A stretch of DNA of 64,000 nucleotides from Octopus sinensis (Eukaryota). The notes under the pieces were generated by a model that saw only the letters and a list, made by a program, of their open reading frames with translations, ran no database searches and had not been told where the DNA came from. Below, in pieces: positions 12,226-25,799 of this stretch. Location of the stretch: assembly GCF_006345805.1 (NCBI RefSeq), contig NC_043008.1:11780001-11844000 (forward strand). The letters are read 5' to 3'. The translations under genes and the position numbers were made by a program. The first letter of the stretch is position 1, and every line of letters starts with the position of its first letter.

Positions 12226-14326
12226 AAACATTCCGTGATTATCTGTGACGGTCACTATGTTTCTCAAATATTTCGTGTCTTACTGCACGAAAGGCACGCA
12301 ACATATCATTCATATTTCTTGACTTGATCATTCATTTTTACACTGTTTGCCTATCCAAATCATAGTATTATAAAGCTATCCAGCATATATTTCCCGCTTT
12401 TTACATAACGCCTGTTAATGTAGGAATCCTTTTTTGTTATATTCCTGAGAAAATGGCGAAACGATCTGTCTTTTGTTTAAGCATCAGATTATGTACAACG
12501 AAACGGAGCCTGAATGTTGTCAGATGACGTACGAGAAATAACAGCCATATTAGCTTCAGTTTCAAACTTTAGAGTCCAACAAAAACAGAGAACACAGACA
12601 ATGTAATCTGAGATAACGCAGATGACATGTTTACAGCTAGAATCCATTCTAACTAAACATCTACTCAGTTTTTAAGATAAGACTGAACAAAAACACAACA
12701 TATAATAGCGTTATCTTTTCCACCACAAAATTGCCTTTATCTTGTCTTTCAAGTAGTGACTAGCTTCTCTCTAATATTTATAAGGCACAGGCTTAGTTAT
12801 GTGATAAACAAGATCAATTTATGAATAAGTCTTTTCAGGTTCAAACCCACTGCAAATCCAGCAAGTGTATTTAACTATAGCTTCGGCTGAACCGATGATT
12901 TGTGGTTAGAGTATTCAGCTTCATAAAAATGTTGGAGCAGTGTTTTGAGCACTTCATTTCATAGCGCTGTAGTCCAATCGTGTATTAAAGATATAATTTC
13001 TAAGAGTAAATCTATTAGGAGAGTGAATAAGGAAGTTTTGAAGTGTAGAATGGCAAAATGAACGGCGGCCACCAAAAACATAGCGACCCCCACAGTGGCA
13101 TATTATTGTTAGTTGTTTTTTTTTTCCCATTATCATTATTGTCGTTGTTGATCGCTCTTTACAAAGCGGAGATACTGGATCAAAATGAATAGTTACTTTA
13201 TCATTGATGAAGTGCACGCAAACCCTTATTCAAAACAGGAACATGAAGAAACAAAGAATCTCATTGGATTCGACAAAGAGTTTGAATGTTTGAATTTTTG
13301 AAGACCCCTAACTTTGATATTTACAAATCCATTCAACGTGACAATCTCCAGTAAAATACCAAATAAAGCTCAATCTCAAACAAAAAACAAAATAATCCAC
13401 AGAAAGCTCACTTAACGTACTGTAAACTACATATCTGACACCACACATGCCTATATGTTTTGGCTATACCATTCAACAATAAGTAATCACAACAATAACA
13501 ACATCAACAACAACAAAGTCGTTTGTATCAAAATATAATTACAAATCGTTTCTTGAGTGTTTGTAGTTTATGATTTGTTACGTTAATTTCTGTGAATCCT
13601 AAGAGATCTTTTATATTGCTTAATGAAAATAAATGCGCATTTCTGCAAATAATTGGCCTTATCTTAAACATTTCCCGTTCCGTTATGACGACTGAAGTGG
13701 TCTTAATTTTTTTGTTGTTGATTATTTTCGTTCATTATTTTTGTGCTTTTGTTTCATATAACATGAAATCAATGCCTCGCTATTTCTCTCCCATCACTCA
13801 ATTCAAAGTTGTTTGATTAGTTTCTTGTATTTACCCTTATCAATCACTTTGTTTCATTATTTTTTCTTAATTACATTCATTCATTTATTTTTTGTAGTGT
13901 ATATTCCTTTCAAATTACATTTTTCTTTTCTATTACACAACGCTATTAATTCATTATTTTCTAATTTGATAAGCATCTCAAGAGATTCCATTATTTTATG
14001 TCGGTTTTACCGAGCTATTGTAATGGAAAGAGGGGTATCTGTAATAGCATAAGTGGAGAATATTCTGCTATGCCTTGGTTGCCGTGATATAATTGGCGAT
14101 GTAGATGATGTGAAGATAGATACGATACAAGCAGTATTACAAGTGATTAAGATACAAGCCGTTGTTTTTATTGTTATTGCTTTGCAAGGTCATGCATGAG
14201 TGATTAGACCTGTGATCAAAGAGGTTCTAAGTCTTGATCATCCTGTATTATTTTAAGACGATATATTATTGAAAGGAATGGTAAGTGTTATTTGTAGCAG
14301 ATTGAGCAAGTGAGAAGGGACAAAAA

Positions 14327-14755
14327 GCGGTGAGCTGGCAGAATCGTTGGCACGCAGAATGTAACGGCAGACGAAATACCACTAAGCATTTCGCCCGCCG
14401 TTACATTCTGAGTTCAAATTCCGCAGAGGTCGACTTTGCCTTTCATCCTTTCGGGGTCGATAAATTAAGTATCAGTTACGCACTGGGGTCGATGTAATCG
14501 ACTTTATCCGTTTGTCTGTCCTTGTTTGTCCTCTCTGTGTTTAGCCCCTTGTGGGTAGTAATGAAATAGAAATAGGCATTCCGTCTGCCGCTAAGTTTTG
14601 AGTTCAAATTTCGCCGAGGTCGACTTTGCCTTTCATCTTTTCGGGGTCGATAAATTAAGTATCACTTACGCACTGGGGTCGATGTAATCGACTTAATCCG
14701 TTTGTCTGTCCTTGTTTGTCCCCACTATGTTTAGCCCCTTGTGGGCAATAAAGTA
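14327..14755 (+). mobile_element. S3 SINE: head with micro-inversion plus two tandem bodies
   Basis: gagttcaaatt at about 14410 and about 14600 (period about 190 bp). Confidence 0.85.
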
Positions 14756-15544
14756 ATTGATATGAGAAAGGACAAATAGGAACACAAATTGTATGGTCAT
14801 ATTTTTTGGCTGTTGCCTGGGCGATGATGTTGACGTTGGCCATAGCGATGTTTTTCCTTGCAGAAGTGGTAATGAAATCTTAGCTCGCTAACAGAGATGA
14901 AGGAAGAATTATTGTTGTGGCTGGTTTTCATCCTGCCTGAGCTAGATATGCTTTATATGTTGTTGTCTTTTATTGCTATTGATGCAGTTCTTGTCGATGT
15001 CACTGATAACGAAATAATGGCAGTAATATTGCTGGTGTTAAATGACGTACAGGAGATGGTGGTGGTGGTAGGAGCGGCGATGCAGGCGGTGGGGATTATG
15101 ATGGTTTTCGTTATGGTTTGTCTGGAAACGACATGGAAATAAATTGTAATCATTATCTAGCATCGGTGATTCTTGCGCACATAAATCGACGTGGTTCACC
15201 AATCGCCAAACGATCTACAGCTATTTGTAATTATAAAACGGAAATACAAGTGATTCGATCATATTGTAATTCTTTCCACAAACAGAAAATAAAATTTGGA
15301 AAAATAAAAAAAAAAATATTTCGTAACAGTAAAAGCGTCAAAGAGTTAAATAAAGTCTAAATTTACAGAGAAAAGACATCGATGGAAATGCAGGAATTTT
15401 TACAAAGAAGAAGCGAATATGTATTACAATGATAAACAAGGCCATCAGTGTTGAAGTATGAACGATTGTAATACGTTGCAAGGCGATGTTATTTAGTTGA
15501 TATCTGATTTAATATTTTATTATGTTTACAAAAAATAATCGCTA

Positions 15545-15900
15545 GCTAGTTTGGCAGTGTGGTAAGAAGCTTCTTTCCCAAACATAACGGATCAGGTTTT
15601 CTGGCAGGTCCCTTCTACCTGCTATAAGGCTCGAATACTCATAAGCCTTGTCAGTGGACCCGTTACACGGAAACTGAAACAAGCCTATCCTATGTATGTA
15701 TGTATATTATTTTACTTGTTTCAGGCATTTTATTGCCGTCATGTTGAGCACTGTCTGTAAAGTTTCTTAGTCGATGAAATCGACGAAAGGACTTTTTACT
15801 TTTTAAGTCAAGTAGTTATTCTACCGGTCTCTTTTGCCGAACCGTGAAGTTACGTGATAGTAAACATACCTACGCTGGTTGTGAAGCGATGGTGAAAAGA
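15545..15900. mobile_element. Degenerate S2 SINE pieces (plus-strand head, minus-strand tail)
   Basis: gtgtggtaagaagct...ggaaactgaaacaagcc, then reverse-complement tail motifs. Confidence 0.55.
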
Positions 15901-15990
15901 CAGACAAAAGACACATACACATGAATACACGCAAACACACAGACACACACACAGACAGACAGACAGACACACACACACACACACACACAC

Positions 15991-16037
<47 letters not shown>

Positions 16038-16458
16038 GAGAGAGAGAGAGAAATAGATGTATAATAGTATATTCTTCTTTTGCAAATACTTTTACACGAC
16101 TCAGAATAGAGAAAACAACCTGTGAATGATTAAAAGAGAATTTATAATAATGGAGATATTCAATTTATTGTAGATGTCCCTTGTAAATATTCTTTGTACT
16201 GTTTGATTTAGAGACCGTTATTAATAAATTAGTTTCTGATACATAAATAGATTGGCTTTCTGTCTCCCTATCTACTGTAGTTTAGCCACACTTGTCTATA
16301 GTAGCTAAAAATACAATGACTCGAAATAACTGGACATTCAAGTAACATTGAGGAGATGCCAATGTAGTTATGTACATGTAAATGTCTCTGTGTGGACAAG
16401 GTCAAGGTAAATACACACAAACACGCACACACCTATTCAGAGACACTTAGGCACAGAG

Positions 16459-16514
<56 letters not shown>

Positions 16515-16519
<5 letters not shown>

Positions 16520-16697
16520 CAAAATAAGCAAAAAGGATATCCAGAGGTAACGCACTACGATCGTTTCATGTGACTCCATTTAACTGAACAATGCAAACAT
16601 TTGTAATAATTGCATTAAATGGATTCAATTAAATGGAGTCGCATGAAACGATTGTACTGCGTTACCTCTAGATATCCTGGTTGCTTGTTTTGATTAT
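16515..16697. mobile_element. MITE, about 183 bp, with TIRs of about 75 bp, in (TA)n
   Basis: ataatcaaaataagcaaaaaggatatccagaggtaacgcactacgatcgtttcatgtgactccatttaa versus its near-exact reverse complement ending at 16697. Confidence 0.85.
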
Positions 16698-16773
16698 AAT
16701 CACCTTATTTACATTGTATGGATAACACCATACTAAATTCTGGTGCCTCAACTTAAGTACCATATTCAGCTGA

Positions 16774-16804
<31 letters not shown>

Positions 16805-16870
16805 AGTGAGTGTACTAACATACACACACACACACACGCACACACAAACACACACAGACACAGACACACA

Positions 16871-16934
<64 letters not shown>

Positions 16935-16937
<3 letters not shown>

Positions 16938-17420
16938 GTGCAGGCTTCCCAGCCACACAGTTCTGGGCTCACACTCTCTTTGGGAAAGTGTCCTATACTA
17001 TAGATTCAAGTCTATCAATGCTTTGAACGTGGCCTTGGTGGACGGAAACTGAAAGAAACGCGTCGTGCATATCATAAACTTAAACTTAGATAAAGTTAGA
17101 TATGTTTCGACCATGTCTAACTTAATAGCACCACCTGATAGTATTATCTAAATCCGTTTTAAATCACGTTCTGTGGTATAATGGTCCATTCAAGTGGTGA
17201 GTTCTTGTTGAGTGAGTTGTATCCAGGTATAGGTGTGTGTATTTGTGTTTGTCAACACCTCCGCGTGACAAGCGGTTTGGTTTGTTTTTTTGTTACTATG
17301 ACGTTGCGGTTTGGCAAAACAGATCGATGGATTTAGTACCAGGTTTTAAAATTGAGTTCCAGGGTCAAGTCATTCGCCTCTTGTAGGTCTTGCCCCAGGA
17401 TAGTCGAAGCTTAAAGAAAC
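16935..17420 (+). mobile_element. Degenerate S2 SINE with internal insertion
   Basis: tttgggaaagtgtcctatactatag...gacggaaactgaaagaaacgcgtcg; tail motifs at 17230-17410. Confidence 0.6.
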
Positions 17421-17479
17421 GAGGAAAAGAAAGCATAATTAAGTAATTAAGCATATTCATGCTCACACACACATATACT

Positions 17480-17776
17480 TATATCATGTTATCACGTGAC
17501 CGACCAGTCCATCGGATGTAGTTACACATCGCTGGTCACAATGCGTTCGCATGGTTTTAGCCTTCGAATGACGCCACCCCGCTGGCTAAGCGAGCAGGCC
17601 AACAGAAGAAAGAGTGGCGAAAGAGTACAGCAGGGATCACCACCCCCTGCCGGAGCCTCGTGGAGCTTTTAGAAGTTTTCGCTCAATAAACACTCACAAC
17701 GCCCGGTCTGGAAATCGAAACCACGATCCTACGACCGCGAGCCCGCTTCCCTAACCACTGGGCCATTGTGCCTCCA
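17480..17776 (-). mobile_element. SINE S1, tail type b
   Basis: Same head as 40400-40488; tail homologous to 58620-58710. Confidence 0.8.
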
Positions 17777-18565
17777 CATATACTTATATATACTTGCATA
17801 TTGTGTGTGCGTGTGTGTTTGTGTGTGTGTTACATATTACTCTGTTGGCGTCACGTATTATTTAATTGTTCAATTTATACCAATATTTAACAATTTATCA
17901 CACATATCAATTAATTGTTTTTCTTAGAAAGGAAACTCAAGTATCGCTCATATCAGACCATCACGGTTTACATTTTTCGCATTATTAATAAAGAATAAAT
18001 TATATTCAGTTATTAAACCTGATACTCGTAATATTGAAATTATAGTTTAAGAGACGGTACTTCTCCAAATTAAAATTTCAGAAGGAAATTTTCTTTAATG
18101 ATTTTGCTCTTTATTATTTTAGATTTTAAAAGATATATGTAAGAAGTCACTGACAAAATGATAGTCTCATCTCTTCTAACCATTTGCATTTAAAGATCCA
18201 ATCTGTGTTAACTATCAATTAACTAAAAATTTCGATCGACTGGTGTAATTTCATTGGTCTCCTTTCTTACTTTTTTCTAAAACTGAAGCGACTTTGGGTG
18301 ATTATTTTCATTACTAATTGCTTCTATATCTTAATTGATCAAAGTTTTCAGATCATAATATATTATGTGTGAGCCTCCAGAGCAATGGACGATTTTGTAC
18401 GGTAGGTTCTTCTATATTTGGCATTTGATAATGAAATAAAATCAGAGGTATTATTCACACATGCAACATAGCAATCAGAAACAATATAAGAGTCTATAGC
18501 AAATGATTACAAGGTAGTTGACATTACCATACCAACTATATTGACGCAAATGTTCAAAATATTTC

Positions 18566-18710
<145 letters not shown>

Positions 18711-18713
18711 CAG

Positions 18714-18745
18714 CTGTGCAGCCCTGTGTGGCTAATGAAGAAACA
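18714..18745 (+). mobile_element. Extremely 5'-truncated copy (about 32 bp) of the Tx1-like LINE 3' end
   Basis: tgtgcagccctgtgtggctaatgaagaaaca-tatct matches 54940-54975 with one mismatch. Confidence 0.85.
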
Positions 18746-19255
18746 TATCTAGCTAGCTAGCTGTTTGTTACAAATGAGACAGAAAATTGAAAATACGAGA
18801 AACTTTATTGGCCACAACGATTGTTTCGACCAATCCCTCCTCGATCTGTCGCGAGTGGGATTTTGGACAACTCGCGGAATTATGTACATTATTTACATTT
18901 GACGGACTTGCCAAAAAACCATTTCCCAATAGACTTACTAAAATGACTCATTATTGATGCCATGTGATGCCCTTATATGACTTTTATACCCAGCCAAGGT
19001 TTTACACATCTTAATTTCTTACATACTGCATAGCTATGCTGGTTGGCAGGCCAAAAAGGTGTAGCGTATGCACTCTCTTAGCATGTCTTTTCGGATTTGC
19101 AACTGAGAGGCACACCCTTCCGCATTTAACACACGTTCTGTTGTGAATTGTAAGAGCCATTTGACTGTTTATCTATTCCTGTGATATGTATCTATGGATG
19201 TATAAATATATCTATACGTATACATACATACATATACATATACTTATATATATAT

Positions 19256-19319
<64 letters not shown>

Positions 19320-19615
19320 CGTGGAGGCGCAGTGGCCCAGTCGGTGGATGACGGTTTCGTTTCCCAGACCGGGCTTTGTGTGTGTTGCTTGAGCGAAAAC
19401 ACCTAAAGCTCCACGAAGCACCGGCAAGGCGTGGTGGTGACCCCTGTTGTACTCTTTCGCCCCATACTTTCTCTCACTCTGTTTCTTGAGTAACGCTGCG
19501 ATGGACTGGCGACCCCCTTCCAGCTGGGGGGAGGGGACACATACGCCACAGAAACCGGGAAACCGAGCCCATGAGACTGGCTCGGCTTGACAATGGCGCA
19601 TAAATAAATAATATA
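19320..19615 (+). mobile_element. SINE S1, tail type a variant
   Basis: gtggaggcgcagtggcccagt...gctgcgatggactggcgacccc...agaaaccgggaaaccg. Confidence 0.8.
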
Positions 19616-20017
19616 TATAACTTATTTTGTGTTTAGCTGACAATAGTATTTAAGTTGCGTTACAGTCTCCTGAGCTTTTGTTGGAATAATCGGAATAATT
19701 TCAACTTCTATTCAAATTATAAAAAAATATTACGCTATCTATTGCGAATATATTCTTTGCAATATAGTTGAAGTGCCTTCTTTGGCAGAAAGTCTTGACG
19801 TAAGAAAATCCAATAATGCACACTAATTAACTTTGTTAATTAACTTTTCTTTCACCTTATCTATACGATGAAAGTTCGTCTATGCAAAAATATACTACCG
19901 AGATTTCACTGTTTGCTTTCTTCAACTGACTTATAATATCGTTCCATCTGAAGCACTACAGATTTGCTGATAGAAATAATTTCCCCCATAAATTTCAATA
20001 CATACATACATACATAT

Positions 20018-20048
<31 letters not shown>

Positions 20049-20326
20049 GATATATTGTTTCGAATTTCTGTGAATGTGTATAGAAAAATATATCAGTTGA
20101 ATAAAGTTAAAACATGGTCTGGTTTTCAGGTTTTTTTATTATGGTATTTTAACATTAAAAATATTTTTTTCCATGCTTATGAAGTTAAATTAGCGCATTT
20201 ATACATAGTGTAGTCATCCAATTTGAAATGTGATTAACTGACTTATAGAACCCAAAGGATTTCTCCTCAAGCAAACGTACCCTCTCCTACTTATAGAAAA
20301 TAGCATACAACGAGCAAAAGAGATAC

Positions 20327-20458
<132 letters not shown>

Positions 20459-21628
20459 GCATGTATGTATATATATATATATGTGTGTGTATATAGATAT
20501 ACATATATTGAAGATTCTTAAATTGCTCAGAGATTTAGAAGAGTGCTCTTAGTTTTTCACAATACAAATGTAATCACTATAACAACAATTAGTCTATTTC
20601 AAGAATGCCTCTCTCTCTCTCTGATCACGTGACCAGCTCACTGCTTTCTTTTGAAATTAAACAATTTTTAAAATTTCAGTTACGTGGCATTCTTGCAGAG
20701 CATGTTCTTTACAACGGACTGAATTTCTGAACCTCAGCGAGACACGTAAAAAGTTGTTTATAGAATTGTATATAACAAAATTTATGTAAGCCACTATATA
20801 ATTTTTTTTAACTTTTAGAAGAATATTGCATTCGTTGAAAAATAGTGAGTTGGGCTTATCTCAAATAATTAAAGTTAGCCGTCCATTTTGAAATTAGTTT
20901 GTCCGTGCAATGCCGTTAGAAGGATAAAGCAAGGCGTGTAATGTTAATTTAACCAGGCTAAATTGCCCCAGAGTAATCCAGCTTACTAATATTTGATCAT
21001 ACAATTTTCATAGGAATAAAATAAAATATTGATTTCAAAATTTGTATCATTATTCAATCTAATCGCTTCGATCAGCGCTTTACTACTTGAATAAAATACA
21101 CAAATGAAGACATTCGCACTTCATAATTCTACATCACACGACAGAAAAAAAAACACATCCCGGTTTTACACAACCTTCGCTGAGGAGCGAAAGAAGTTAG
21201 ACAGTTAGAAATAGTATTTCCATATATTTACTATTTTATTGTTTTCATTTTCAGTAAATTTTGGCTTAATAGTTGAGTATTTGAACGGGCAATATCTAGC
21301 CGAAATATTCCACCTGTTTTGTGTTGAAAATGACCGGATCTGAACAGTCGAACCTACCCTACAGTGAAATTTATAAAATAAACAATCTCATAACTAACTC
21401 CACGAAGCTGTGAGAATAAATTGGTCTTACATTTGACAGAGTTATCTGAATGATACAGAGTCAAACTTTTTACTCAACATGGGTCTTTTTTGAAACGTTT
21501 TTGAAAGATCGTGGATCTGAAGTATTTTTACTCCATCCTCTAATGCTTCATTCTACCCCACGCATTTTGTTCTGGGTAAATAGTCGAAGTCAAATACAAC
21601 TGTTGAGTTCTGATTCCTGTCTCTTTAA

Positions 21629-22278
21629 ATCGAACTTAATTAAATTAAATTAAATCCGTTTACGATTGGCTTGTTTCATCAGCAAAGTCACCAAAAGAAA
21701 AGGAGAACATATACGCACGAGGCGACACCACTGAAGCCCCGAGTGTATATATCCTAATTTTTCGAAATCCAACATAACCGCGCCAACTACTCAGCAGCAA
21801 ATATAAACTGCTGATACAATTTCAGAATTAGTCAAAAATTATTAATTTATCAATATAGGGTAGCAAAAAAATCCAAGAAAAATTCAAGAAAAATTTTCTC
21901 CAACCAGCGGTCAAGTGAGAAAATAGAAATAGTCACAGACTATATAATATATTCAAAAGTATTAAGGAATGACCCTTACAGGTCGTTCAACTCACTTGAA
22001 AAGAGCAGCCAAAACGCAAACCGCAAAAATAGTAGTAATTCTGAAAGCTAAAGGAGAAATAATAACTCCTTTAGCTTTCAGAATTACTACTATTTTTGCG
22101 GTTTGAGTTTTGGCTGCTCTTTTCAAGTGAGTTGAACGACCTGTAAGGGTCATTCCTTAATACTTTTGAATATATTATATAGTCTGTGACTATTTCTATT
22201 TTCTCACTTGACCGCTGGTTGGAGAAAATTTTTCTTGAATTTTTCTTGGATATTTTTTGCTACCCTATATTGATAAAT
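21629..22278. mobile_element. Hammerhead repeat family H1 (subfamily A): minus-strand read-through copy plus inverted 3' segment, forming a palindrome of about 430 bp
   Basis: Arms 21846-22056 and 22066-22278 differ at about 2 positions, loop aaataataa; minus strand 21688-21676 reads actttg-CTGATGA (5' half of the ribozyme). Confidence 0.85.
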
Positions 22279-22599
22279 ATATATATATATATATATTAAT
22301 TGAATTTAAATTATTCTAATTCGAATTAGGTTATAGGCATGAAACGATCGTTGTGGTTTAACTTTTTTATCTTATATTAAACTTTTTAATACTTTTTGAT
22401 AGTTAAATATATATATATATATAAATTTATAAATATAAATATAAATTAATAATTTTAAACTTTTAACTTTAAATTTAAATAATTAAAATTTTAAATTTTG
22501 TGTTCTATATATTTTGTATATTATATTAATTATTTTTATTTCTATGTTTTGGTTTATGTTTTTCACTGTTTGATTTGCCTAATAGTGGTTTTATCTCTA

Positions 22600-22667
<68 letters not shown>

Positions 22668-23429
22668 TATATATATGTGTGTGTATGCGTGCATGTGCCT
22701 GTGGATCGAGGATCAAGGGAACTACGACACGATTGTAAATGAGATTGTTGGAGATGCAAGGTTGGATCGTGTGATTGAATTCAATGGAATTCCAAGAAGG
22801 TGTGAATAAATATTTAAAAAGATGCTGATTTAGTTTTTGGTTTGAAGGCATATGGTGGAAGCTGTTTACAAATGAGATTATCAAAAAATATTTCAAAACG
22901 ATCAGATTGTCGATAAGTTTAATCTAAAAGAAATCAAAAGCTACAATAATGTTTAACAAACTTTAAAGCAGTGAGCAAAATACAAGGAAATAACGAAAAT
23001 TAATTTTAACAGCTTATTTATGAAAACATTTAACTAAAATAATAACAAAAAAACTGGAATTACATTTTAACAATGTTAAGTATTTATAAAGAGAATTAAG
23101 AAAATTCTACAACAGGCGGATAAAAAAAATACTTATGAAGTTATAACGTAGGATTAAGTTTCTTAGTTTTTTTTTATCGATCAATATAATCAGTGGGGAA
23201 TAAATGAGATTTGAGTAAGAAGTAAATACTTCCAAAATTGCTTTTTCTTAAAACTCTATGCAGTGTGAGAAGCTTGCTCCGAAATTGTGTGGTCTTGGGT
23301 TTAATTTCATCGTGCGTCAGTCTGGGCAAGTATTTTCTACTACAGCCTTGGGTCAAGCAAATTCATGTAAGTAAAATTGGTAGACAGAAACTGAAAGAAG
23401 CCCCATTTTTCTATCTTTCTCCATTTTTT

Positions 23430-23560
23430 GCTTTCATATATTTCTGTTGAAGAGCGTAGACTTGAAACGTCATAATTTTTCGATTTTCCCCTCAGCGTGA
23501 AATTAATACATCAGGCTTTTTGTTTCCTTATCTGTCTCTGTATTTTGTTTTCTGCACTCT
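23430..23560 (+). mobile_element. Penelope-like pLTR repeat H2 with degenerate minimal hammerhead
   Basis: CTGTTGA-A-gagc-gtag-actt-GAAACGTC at 23444-23471. Confidence 0.55.
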
Positions 23561-23562
23561 TG

Positions 23563-23604
<42 letters not shown>

Positions 23605-23607
<3 letters not shown>

Positions 23608-23727
23608 CTCGAAACGTAAAAAACTTTTTCTATTCCTGAGCGTTATACCAATACATCTGTTTGTTGTGTACACCACCTGTCTTCCTGTCTTCGTCTTTTG
23701 TATTTTTCGTAAATTCTCCCTATACTT

Positions 23728-23794
<67 letters not shown>

Positions 23795-23914
23795 CTCGAA
23801 ACGTAAAAAACTTTTTCTATTCCTGAGCGTTATACCAATACATCTGTTTGTTGTGTACACCACCTGTCTTCCTGTCTTCGTCTTTTGTATTTTTCGTAAA
23901 TTCTCCCTATACTT

Positions 23915-23935
<21 letters not shown>
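23605..23935 (+). repeat. Two tandem 5'-truncated H2 copies (period 187 bp) separated by (TA)n
   Basis: aggctcgaaacgtaaaaaact...aattctccctatac at 23605 and 23792. Confidence 0.85.
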
Positions 23936-23970
<35 letters not shown>

Positions 23971-23983
23971 GTGTGTGTGTGTG

Positions 23984-24021
<38 letters not shown>

Positions 24022-24179
24022 CTGTATCATTCGCTTTGTATTTTTCGCCGACTACCACTTGCCAAATAGTCTAGTTGTGTTTACGTCACTAAATTCTAGC
24101 GGTTCGACATAAGAAAACTATAGATTAAGTACGGAAAATAAATGGGGCCTAAACAAAATTTGAACGCAGTCAGATACAA

Positions 24180-24990
24180 AAGGCAGGTGGTTATGGGTGA
24201 TGTGGTGTGACTTAAAGTTAGAAGCTGAAGTGCTTATTTTGGTGTCACAAGAAAACTTTTGATGGACCAACACTATGATATGCAGAACTGCTAAAACAGC
24301 TAAGAGGGACAAATTCAGATTGTGTAGTGAGAAACCTGAAACAGTGTGGCATATTCTTGGTAAATGCCTGTAATTGGTGCAGCGTGAATACAAAAGGTGG
24401 CCTCACATTGTGGCAAGAATAATCCAGTAGGAGCTTTGTGGATATAATGGCTTAGAAGGATCAAAAGCGCCAGATGACCAAATCCCAGATGGAGTTCCGG
24501 AAAATGGAAATTGCAAAGTCCTGTGGGATGCAATGATTGAGTGTGGCCATCAGATTAAACATCGAAAATGCCACATTTTTGTAATGAACAGAAAATAAAA
24601 CATGTTCGATAATTCACGTAGCCTGTCCTGGTGACTACAAGATTGAAGAGAAGGAAGAAGAAAACTGAACAACTATGATGAATTGAAGTGGGGGAAATAT
24701 GCTGGTTGTGAACAATAAAAAGAGTTAACCTGATATCAATAGTGGTGGTTGCACGTGGATATATCAGAACACAACTACCAACATGACTCAAAAAGATTGG
24801 AACAAATGAAGATAGAATGCCTACAAAAAATAAAAATAGTCTTCCTTCGAAGTCCAAGATTATCGTACAAGACACTTAAAGTATAATCAGTAAACAAGTG
24901 TCACCTAAGTTCTTTGGCTGCGGGCAGCTGACACTTCCCATCATATCCGTCGTCAAAATAAAGCAGAGATTTTCATGATAGTCTTGTTAA
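24180..24990 (+). mobile_element. R4/Dong-clade retrotransposon 3' portion (zinc knuckle, restriction-like endonuclease, 3'UTR), decayed
   Basis: Translates DLKLEAEVLILVSQE, FRLCSEKPETVWHILGKC, REYKRWPHIVARII, ENGNCKVLWDAMIECGHQIKHRK, VACPGDYKIEEKEE, matching the RLE-type C-terminus. Confidence 0.85.
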
Positions 24991-25065
24991 TAGTTATTAT
25001 AGTAACCATTTCTAATATCGGCACAAGATCTGACAATTTATGGTGGGGGCTAAGCTATTTGAGTA

Positions 25066-25089
25066 CATAATAATAATAATGATAATAAT

Positions 25090-25147
<58 letters not shown>

Positions 25148-25701
25148 GCCCTGATGCAGTACCAGGCAGTGGCTCTCATGGCTTCTGATCTTAACTGATT
25201 GGAAGTGTTATCATGTACATTGTTTTGTCTTGGTATAAAAGATAGGCTACAGCAAATATTCTGCTCAATACCACAGATTTGCTTGTCAGTTGCTTGACCT
25301 TAACCAGTTGAGCATGTCCCTTAGTGGCTGACAATATGTGCATCTCTGATCACGAGCAGAAGTAGTGGGGGAGCATCATAGCCATGTGTTGAGAGGGATT
25401 CTTTGGGGTTTGAATAATTCACCTCTGGAAACATGGGTGGTTTTTTCAACATCCTTAAACAACCCTTATTCAGGGACCGTTTGAGCGGGATGGGCTACTC
25501 AACCTGAAGAAAATTCTAACTGGGCCCCACCTGCAAGGTCATGTGCTGTTTATCTTGATATGAGATCACCATGTCGCGCACATATGGTTGTGATGCATGT
25601 GCCTGGTGTACCTTTATCAGACGGGTAGTCATGATGGGTATATTGGGCTTCGTATATTTTACCCCAGTGTCACTTTGATGGCATGAACTGCTCTCTCACT
25701 C

Positions 25702-25769
<68 letters not shown>

Positions 25770-25790
25770 TAATAATAATAATAATAATAA
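25066..25790. repeat. (TAA)n arrays at 25066-25145 and 25702-25790
   Basis: Direct inspection. Confidence 0.95.
25146..25701. mobile_element. 556-bp non-coding interspersed element inserted in (TAA)n
   Basis: Sharp boundaries inside TAA repeats; second partial copy at 2698-2941; no long ORF. Confidence 0.75.
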
Positions 25791-25799
25791 CTGCAACAA

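Noticed and set aside
10600-14755. Regularly repeated S3 units as a CRISPR-like array
   Set aside because: Eukaryotic SINE multimers with no unique spacers and no cas genes
14897-15142. 81-aa hydrophobic ORF resembling a membrane protein
   Set aside because: It derives from decayed GAT/GTT/GGT triplet repeats, with no recognisable domain or splice context
21170-21200. CTGAGGA followed by GAAA
   Set aside because: Only 2 nt lie between the motifs, so no stem II is possible; it is a simple hairpin
22057-22065. Palindrome loops as residual sequencing adapters
   Set aside because: The 9-nt AT-rich loops here and at 49745-49753 do not resemble SMRTbell adapter sequence, and this loop matches native element sequence at about 5470-5480; other artefact routes remain open
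25146-25701. Hammerhead inside the 556-bp element (CTGAAGA at about 25504; CTGATGA in the 2757 copy)
   Set aside because: No correctly placed GAAA, stem III or cleavage triplet
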